Assembly (NCBI GenBank): GCA_028727105.1
Contig: JAQYOU010000022.1
Location: 17,175-81,174 of the forward strand
Reading direction: 5' to 3'
DNA length: 64,000 nucleotides
Source: a bacterium
Lineage (GTDB): Bacteria > Bacillota > Clostridia > Lachnospirales > Lachnospiraceae
The position numbers and the translations under genes are program-made. The notes beneath the pieces are model-generated. The model had not been told where the DNA came from. It saw nothing but the letters and a program-made list of their open reading frames with translations, and made no database searches. Position 1 is the first letter of the stretch, and each line of letters starts with the position of its first letter. Positions 57,723-64,000 of the stretch are shown one piece after another.

Positions 57723-60536
57723 ATGATTAAGAAATTTTTTAGTTTGTTGCTGACGTTGTGTATGGTGTTGGCAATGATGCCTGTTGTGACGAAACCTGTT
57801 ACGGTTCAGGCGGCTTCAACTCATGTAGAAACAGTTCGAATTGGAGGTCGCGTGTATGAGGGGGGTTCTACAGGGGTTGAATTAAATAGTACGAAAAAGT
57901 ATTATCATAATGGAGAAGGTGGGGGATTAGGTACGGCAAATGATAATCCAACAGGAGCCGATGCAACATTTGATGCAGATACCGGTACATTGACTTTAAA
58001 TGGGTTGAATATAAATACAAATGATGCGGGTATCTGGTGGAAATATAATGATTCTGGTGCCCATAATCTGAAGATTGTTCTTGAAGATGGTACTACAAAT
58101 ACAATAAATAATTCTTACGGAAGTGGCATATTAGGGGAGTATGGATATCGTAATGATGGTCCTTCGTTGACTATCCAAGGAGGAGGAACACTAAATGTTA
58201 CCGGTTATACATCTGGAATCTGGGTTTGGCATAATATCACGATTCAGGGTGGTGCAACAGTAAATGCGACAGGTAAAATGAATATGGGTATCTGCAACAA
58301 CGATTCAGAGGGAAAAATTACCATAAAGGATCAGGCAGTAGTTTCCGCTACCGGAGTCACCTATGGAACCTATGGAACCTATGGAATAGGATATGGTAAT
58401 GAGGATAATAATTTTAATGTTCCAGTCATTCAAGGCGGAACGGTAACAATGACTGGTGCTACGGCTGCTGTGAGAGTGGAAGAAGGTTTTGTTGGCACTT
58501 CTCCAGATTTGAGTGGTTATATAGGTGGTTGCATAGTTACTGTAGGAGACGCTGCAGAGGGAAGCACAGAGTGGAATAATGAGAATTCTTTACAAAGTTA
58601 TAAATATATTAAAATTACACCGGGAACGCATACGCACAACTGGAGTTCCTCTTGGAGCAGTGATGCAACACATCACTGGCATGAATGTGAAAAGCCTGGT
58701 TGTGATATAAATATAAACAGTGGTATACCGAGTTACGCAGAACATCAATATTCTAATGCCAATGACGTAGACTGCAATACCTGCGGGTATAATAGAATAC
58801 TTTGCTCGCATTCATTAGCAACAAAAATAGACGGACAGGCGGCAGCCTGTACGTCGCCTGGTTGGAAAGAATATTATCAGTGTGCGACATGCAATAAATT
58901 CTTTAAAGAACAAACCTGCACCACTCTAATTGCAGATATTGGTGTTTGGCAGTCTGGGGAGGGAGCGATTTCTGCGCTCGGACATGATTGGACGTATTCT
59001 GCAGATGGCGCAACACTTACTGCTTCCTGCAGCAGAAAAACAACTTGTCATGTGGATGATAAGACATTAACGCTCACTGCTAATACAGTGGAGCATAACG
59101 GTAGTACATATGATGGTGCATCCATCCCCGACGCGAGTGCATGGACAACTGCTGAATTGACAACTCCAACTATCAAGTACGAAGGAACCGATGGTACGAA
59201 TTATTCTTCTTCCGAGACCGCACCTACCGTTGCAGGTCGTTACAAAGCGACGATTACAGTCGGTGGTGCAACCGCAGCAGCGCCGTTTGCAATCACAGGA
59301 GATCCGCACACATTGAAGGTAGAAAGTGGCGAAAATGGTATTGCGGGTATAGAAACCACGGCAGTAACAGAATCATCCATCAGATGTTATGCAGATGTAA
59401 CATTGGCAGTCACACCGGATACCGGTTATCGTCTCAAACGGTGGGTTGTATCTGGTCCTTCCATCACAATTACAAATAACAAATTCATTATGCCGGATTG
59501 TGATGTCACAGTAACGGCAGAGTTTGAAAAAACATCGGGAGAAAGTTCCGGCGGAGGTGTCTACATACCATCCCAAGAACCAAGTACGGACACTCAGCCA
59601 GAGAATACGAAAACTGATACCACCACATTGCCGGATGGAACCAAGGTTGAGACAAGCACAACAACCGATAAGACGACAGGCGCTACGATTGTAGAAGAGA
59701 AGAAGACGGCTTTGGATGGCACGGTCACAGAGTCGAAGACTACGACACAGAAGGACGGCTCATCTGAAACGACTTCAAAGGAGACGAGAACAGACGGCTC
59801 CACAACAGAAACGAACACCACCGTAGATTCGGAAGGAACGGAACAGAGTGTTGTCCGGGATAAAGATTTCCCTACGGGAGATCTCTTAACGATTCGTAAG
59901 ACAGAGGAACAAAGTGGAGAGGTAAGTTATGTGCTGGCAACGCTGGTGACAGAGGAAGCAACGATTGTTAAGGCAAAAGTGGAGAGAGCCGAGGCTCTTG
60001 CCAACATGAAGAATATTCCTTATCGGGTAAAGGTGCTGGATGAGAATGGCAAACTGGCCTACAAGGTACGTGTGAATACAGGAGATGTCAAAGCGAATCA
60101 GACATTGTATGTTTACAAGTATGATTCCAAGACAAAGAGTTTTGGTCTGGTACAGGCAGACTATCAGAAAGTGAAAGCAGACGAAAAAGCAAACATTATC
60201 TGCGACTTCGAGAATCTGATTTCTACCCAGAGATATCAGCTTGTTACAAAGTCTAAGGCAGGACTTCTGGATAAGAAAATTCTTGCAACCGTAAAGGCGA
60301 AGATTGGGCAAAAGAGTCTTAAGGTGAATCAGTCGACTTCATTCAAACTGGATGAGAAACTGAATCTGGAAAATGTAAGCACGATAAAGTATTCCACCAG
60401 CGACAAGCAAGTAGTAAAGGTAAGCAAAGCCGGAAAGATTACAGGCAAAAATACTGGAACCGCTGACATCAAAGCAACCATTACACTGATTAATGGAAAA
60501 ACGAAGACGGTCCGTATGAAAATCAAAGTGAAATAG
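57723..60536 (+). CDS. large modular cell-surface protein
   Basis: signal peptide, TLTLNG beta-helix-like region, His/Cys-rich repeats, InlB-B-like repeat (VTPDTGY), Thr-rich DGT repeats, C-terminal BIG2. Confidence 0.88.
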   Translation: MIKKFFSLLLTLCMVLAMMPVVTKPVTVQAASTHVETVRIGGRVYEGGSTGVELNSTKKYYHNGEGGGLGTANDNPTGADATFDADTGTLTLNGLNINTNDAGIWWKYNDSGAHNLKIVLEDGTTNTINNSYGSGILGEYGYRNDGPSLTIQGGGTLNVTGYTSGIWVWHNITIQGGATVNATGKMNMGICNNDSEGKITIKDQAVVSATGVTYGTYGTYGIGYGNEDNNFNVPVIQGGTVTMTGATAAVRVEEGFVGTSPDLSGYIGGCIVTVGDAAEGSTEWNNENSLQSYKYIKITPGTHTHNWSSSWSSDATHHWHECEKPGCDININSGIPSYAEHQYSNANDVDCNTCGYNRILCSHSLATKIDGQAAACTSPGWKEYYQCATCNKFFKEQTCTTLIADIGVWQSGEGAISALGHDWTYSADGATLTASCSRKTTCHVDDKTLTLTANTVEHNGSTYDGASIPDASAWTTAELTTPTIKYEGTDGTNYSSSETAPTVAGRYKATITVGGATAAAPFAITGDPHTLKVESGENGIAGIETTAVTESSIRCYADVTLAVTPDTGYRLKRWVVSGPSITITNNKFIMPDCDVTVTAEFEKTSGESSGGGVYIPSQEPSTDTQPENTKTDTTTLPDGTKVETSTTTDKTTGATIVEEKKTALDGTVTESKTTTQKDGSSETTSKETRTDGSTTETNTTVDSEGTEQSVVRDKDFPTGDLLTIRKTEEQSGEVSYVLATLVTEEATIVKAKVERAEALANMKNIPYRVKVLDENGKLAYKVRVNTGDVKANQTLYVYKYDSKTKSFGLVQADYQKVKADEKANIICDFENLISTQRYQLVTKSKAGLLDKKILATVKAKIGQKSLKVNQSTSFKLDEKLNLENVSTIKYSTSDKQVVKVSKAGKITGKNTGTADIKATITLINGKTKTVRMKIKVK
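58359..58385 (+). repeat. in-frame 9-bp tandem repeat x3
   Basis: (ACCTATGGA)3 encoding TYG x3. Confidence 0.85.
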
Positions 60537-60670
60537 GATCTCAAATTCATGAAAATCCGTTATACTAACAGCAAACAGTTAGTATGGCGGATTTTTTTGG
60601 AGGAGACACACGGCAAGAAATGTGGCAATCGGAATACAGCAATTTGATGAATTGATTGAAAAGAACCCCG

Positions 60671-60723
60671 AAGGAGCGTATTCGAAGCTATGAATTTGCC
60701 TTTGAAGGGAAAAAGGTGTTGAT
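60671..60723 (+). pseudogene. relic 3' end of an AAA/PD-(D/E)XK gene
   Basis: encodes KERIRSYEFAFEGKKVLI, nearly identical to 54619-54666. Confidence 0.75.
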
Positions 60724-60759
60724 TATGAAATGACTTTTGTATCAGAGCAGAGAAGGTTG

Positions 60760-60827
60760 ACATTTCAGGCTGTAAAAACAACATTTCAGGCAACAGATGA
60801 CAAAAAAAGTATGAGGTATGGTACAAT
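60760..60827 (+). promoter_or_regulatory. LytTR-type box family 2 promoter
   Basis: ACATTTCAGGC x2 at 21-nt period; TG-G-TACAAT at +40. Confidence 0.7.
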
Positions 60828-60836
60828 CTAAAAAAT

Positions 60837-61408
60837 ATGATCTGTGATTCGGAAAGGAGCTATGATTATCAGAAAACACAAACGATCTATCTTGCAGATA
60901 GCATGCACACCTGTGAAGGAATGTATGTCTATCGGGCCTACTATGAAGGAAGAGCATATACGATAGATAGTAAATATGTTACGGATATACAGGATGTGAA
61001 GACGAGATCTTCATGGATCTACAGCCCTGCTTATAGAGACAAAAATTTAAATGTCGACCCGAGTAAAGTGAAGGTGGAGAAGCGTACGGTGGCAGGAGAT
61101 GTATTTGACTCTTGTCATTATTACTATATCTACGCGAAACCGTCTACAGAGCCTCAGTATGTTGTTGGTGCCATTTGTGCGGGAATGTCCGTGGACGTAG
61201 TCAAAGAAAAATATAATTCGAAATGGGCTATGGTGAAGAGTTCTATGGAGAATTCTACCATATACGGATATATGAAAAGAGCCGATCTCAATACGATGGA
61301 TTCTATCTAGATATCCAGGGAGGAGAAGTTGTCAGCGGTGCAAAGCTGATCTTTGCACCAAAATCAGGCAAAAGCTCTCAGAATTTTGTATTTGACTATG
61401 TATGGTAG
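60837..61408 (+). pseudogene. probable truncated/frameshifted SH3-like + ricin-repeat-like gene
   Basis: no RBS or signal peptide; SH3b-like WAMVK..YGYM; an out-of-frame LDIQGG..GAKL....GKSSQNF tail follows. Confidence 0.5.
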
Positions 61409-61434
61409 CGTATCCATCGAGGAAAGGAGGTATT

Positions 61435-62061
61435 ATGAATGAAAACAGATTATTTCAGAAGGTTTTCGCGATTGTACTTGCTGTCGTAGTGGCAGTATCC
61501 GTGATTCCGGCCACAACAGTAGAAGCTGCTACATATACAGCAACTACAAAGAAAAAAATGAAAACGATTAAAAAGGTGGGAGAATACACAGTTGCTGTAC
61601 CGGCAAATAATAAGAAGAATTATGTACAGTTTACGGCACCAAAAGCAGGAACCTATGGATTTTTATTTGATGGAATATTGTATGAAGGCTAAGTTGAGGA
61701 TATTGTAAAGGATGATTATTTTCTTGAAGGAAAAAAAGCCTACAAGAGCAAAGTAGTTATTACACCGGTTGTAGGCAATCAGTCGAAAGAACCGATAACA
61801 CTGCTAAGTTATCATTGGTTTTTATCCGCCCTGGCAGAACATAATGATTTGTACCTGCCAGATGCATTAATTGCAATTGCTATGAGAGACAATCGTCTTG
61901 ATTACAATTTGGAGGACGGAGCGAAAATGATACATCTCTATCAGGTGAAACTGAAGAAAGGACAGAAAATTCAATTTGTTTTCCAGAATAAATCTCCGAA
62001 TGGCAAAAAACTGGATGTATCTCTTAAAATCGGTGGTGCGAAATCTGATAGCACAGATTAA
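61435..62061 (+). pseudogene. secreted protein interrupted by an in-frame TAA
   Basis: AAAGGAGG RBS and signal peptide; stop at 61690-61692, with the same frame open through to 62061. Confidence 0.75.
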
Positions 62062-62132
62062 GAATGCTATTTCTGAATGGAGTGATCGGACTGAGGTCAT
62101 GATGAAGTATACTATATGGTAGGAGGATTGCT

Positions 62133-64000
62133 ATGAATCAAAAAAGAAGGAATAAACAACTGTTTTATATGCTTATAACGATCATTATGGTCTGTGCATC
62201 ACTGTATATTCATCCGGTAGATGCCCTGGCTGCCACTGCGCCGGTGAAGATCAAGGTGACCTATGGACAGGCAGAGGCGCGCAGCATGCTTGCGAGCATC
62301 AATGCATTTCGTACATCAGAGACAGAAGCGTGGTGCTGGGATGAAAATGACAGCCAAAAAATAGCATCTCAGACAACCGAACTGCAATATGATTATGAGT
62401 TGGAACGTGTGGCTATGAAAAGAGCAGCGGAATTGGCACTTTCCTATGATCATACCAGGCCGAACGGAACAGAATGCTTTACGGCATATCCTTCGGGCTA
62501 TTCCGCTTGTGGAGAGAATATTGCTGTCGGACAGATGAGTGCAGCAGAAGTGTTTACAGACTGGAAAGAAGAGAATCAGTCTTATGTCGGTCAGGGACAC
62601 AGAAGAAACATGTTACATTCCGCTTATAAAGGAGTAGGAATCGGTCATGTTGTATATCAGGGAACTCATTATTGGGTGCAGGAATTCGGTGATAAAGTCA
62701 TGGATCCGACACCTGCGGCAGGCAATGATGGTATGCAGATTGTAGATGTGGATGTGGCTGCTTCTTACATTACAGCTGTGAAGACCAATCTGAATGATGT
62801 GACTCTGGCGGTTGGTGAAAAAGCTACTGCAGTAGATTTTACGTTGGCACTCAATATCAAAAACCATTGGGGCTATCCGAGTGACTGTGTTGTGGAAAAC
62901 ACCTGTACTGCACGGATCGAAGATGAGACGATCGCAAGTTTTTCAGATGCTGCGGTAATTACCGGATTGAAAGAGGGAACAACCAAAATATGGGTTTCCC
63001 ATCCTTTCGGAGAGGAGTTTTACCGTACGATCACTGTGACAAAAGGTGCGTCATCGGTTGACAATATCGTGATCAGTGCAATTCCGGATCAGACCTATAC
63101 CGGTAAGGAGATCACTCCCGTTGTAACGGTAAAAGAAGGAACAAAGACCCTGACAAAGGATGTGGATTACACCGTTGCATACAGCAACAATATAAAGATC
63201 GGTACTGCAACCGTAACAATAACGGGAAAGGGCGATTATACCGGAACTACTACCCAGACGTTTCAGATTGTTGAGGAAACAAAAGTTTCGGTGGAACCAA
63301 TCGCCGATCAGACCTATGCAGGATGTGCACTGATGCCGGTCGTGGTCGTAAAAGACGGTTCCAAAGTGCTGAAAAAGAATGTGGATTATACCGTTTTGTA
63401 CAGCAATAATGTCAATGTAGGAACTGCGACCGTAAAAATATCCGGAAGAGGAGCATATGAGGGTTCTTATACGACTACTTTCAAGATCGTTCCGCGAGCG
63501 ATCAGCAGCGTCACTGTTTCAAAAATTTCAGACAGGAGATATACAGGAAAGGCGATTGAACCGACATTCAGTATTTCCTACGGTGGAAAGTCTTTGAAAA
63601 AAGGCACCGACTATACAGTGGCATTTAAGGATAATATCAACATTGGTACGGCGACTGTGACACTTACCGGAAAGGGTAATTTTGAAGGGACGAAGGCCGT
63701 GACTTTTAGAATTTTGGGCGAGGCAGATGTCTCTGTTGATGCAATTGCTGATCAGACCTATACGGGCTCTGCATTGAAGCCGTCCGTAACTGTGAGAGAT
63801 GGTTCGACTGTGCTGAAATACAATATGGATTATTCCGTTGTATACAGCAACAATGTAAATGCCGGAACAGCTACCGTAAAGATCACAGGAAAAGGAAGCT
63901 ATGAGGGGTCTTATACAACGAGTTTTAAGATCCTGCCCTGTTCCATCACAAAGGCGACTGTTAGTAAGATCTCAGACAGGACTTATACCGGACGGGCAAT
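62133..64000 (+). CDS. CAP (SCP) domain surface protein with tandem MBG/Ig-like repeats (runs off the window; absent from ORF track)
   Basis: AGGAGG RBS, signal peptide, HTRPNG, GENIA, GHRRNML and YWVQEF; repeats of TYTGK..P....DYTV.Y.NN...GTATV.ITGKG. Confidence 0.9.
   Translation, partial: MNQKRRNKQLFYMLITIIMVCASLYIHPVDALAATAPVKIKVTYGQAEARSMLASINAFRTSETEAWCWDENDSQKIASQTTELQYDYELERVAMKRAAELALSYDHTRPNGTECFTAYPSGYSACGENIAVGQMSAAEVFTDWKEENQSYVGQGHRRNMLHSAYKGVGIGHVVYQGTHYWVQEFGDKVMDPTPAAGNDGMQIVDVDVAASYITAVKTNLNDVTLAVGEKATAVDFTLALNIKNHWGYPSDCVVENTCTARIEDETIASFSDAAVITGLKEGTTKIWVSHPFGEEFYRTITVTKGASSVDNIVISAIPDQTYTGKEITPVVTVKEGTKTLTKDVDYTVAYSNNIKIGTATVTITGKGDYTGTTTQTFQIVEETKVSVEPIADQTYAGCALMPVVVVKDGSKVLKKNVDYTVLYSNNVNVGTATVKISGRGAYEGSYTTTFKIVPRAISSVTVSKISDRRYTGKAIEPTFSISYGGKSLKKGTDYTVAFKDNINIGTATVTLTGKGNFEGTKAVTFRILGEADVSVDAIADQTYTGSALKPSVTVRDGSTVLKYNMDYSVVYSNNVNAGTATVKITGKGSYEGSYTTSFKILPCSITKATVSKISDRTYTGRA
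63070..64000 (+). repeat. tandem ~74-aa domain repeats
   Basis: at least 5 units; alternate units are most alike, with a 444-nt period (63456 vs 63900). Confidence 0.85.

Noticed and set aside
62040-62113. LytTR box upstream of the CAP gene
   Set aside because: Only one weak ATTTCTG half-site and no partner repeat
45820-64000. Prophage, ICE or agr quorum-sensing locus
   Set aside because: No integrase, relaxase, structural genes, att repeats, agrB or agrD seen in the window
1-64000. CRISPR array, rRNA or oriC DnaA-box cluster
   Set aside because: No repeat-spacer array, cas genes, rRNA or TTATCCACA cluster noticed; the repeats found are coding or promoter elements

Overview
This is an oriC-proximal chromosomal segment of a spore-forming Firmicute. 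The taxon is most likely Lachnospiraceae, inferred from gene content and order. 1-7 kb: mnmG (3' part), rsmG, parS sites, parA-parB, DUF4446/DUF3881 and tRNA-Arg(CCU). 7-28 kb: mixed housekeeping and accessory genes (XRE, MerR/TipAS, methyltransferase, GNAT, MBL hydrolase, FapA plus REC/HD-GYP, rubredoxin fusions, tRNA-Lys(CUU), ABC-F, trmB, D,D-carboxypeptidase). 28-37 kb: a divergent ArgR-like gene facing an abiEi / degenerate abiEii / yaaO unit, then gmk-like, yaaR, holB, ricT, yabB, rsmI. 37-46 kb: DUF885, DUF5704, an AT-rich LPD3/BECR-like gene with a compact antisense RNA unit, divergent spmB/spmA, a sirtuin and rpsF-ssb-rpsR. 46-64 kb: an accessory cell-surface island with three LytTR regulators, two AgrC-like GHKL kinases, LemA-like proteins, a clostripain lipoprotein, Ig/CAP surface proteins and pseudogene relics. 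The strongest unexplained signals are: (i) three families of 20-22 bp-period direct repeats, each 40-41 nt before a -10 box, suggesting a three-regulator LytTR circuit; (ii) a promoter plus ~60-nt structured antisense RNA overlapping the end of the nuclease-like gene; (iii) the ArgR-like / degenerate AbiE / decarboxylase locus; (iv) a membrane protein with three FliM_N-like peptides; (v) a palindromic two-way sigma-K-like promoter between spmB and spmA. Family assignments were recognised by eye from motifs; no database searches were run.
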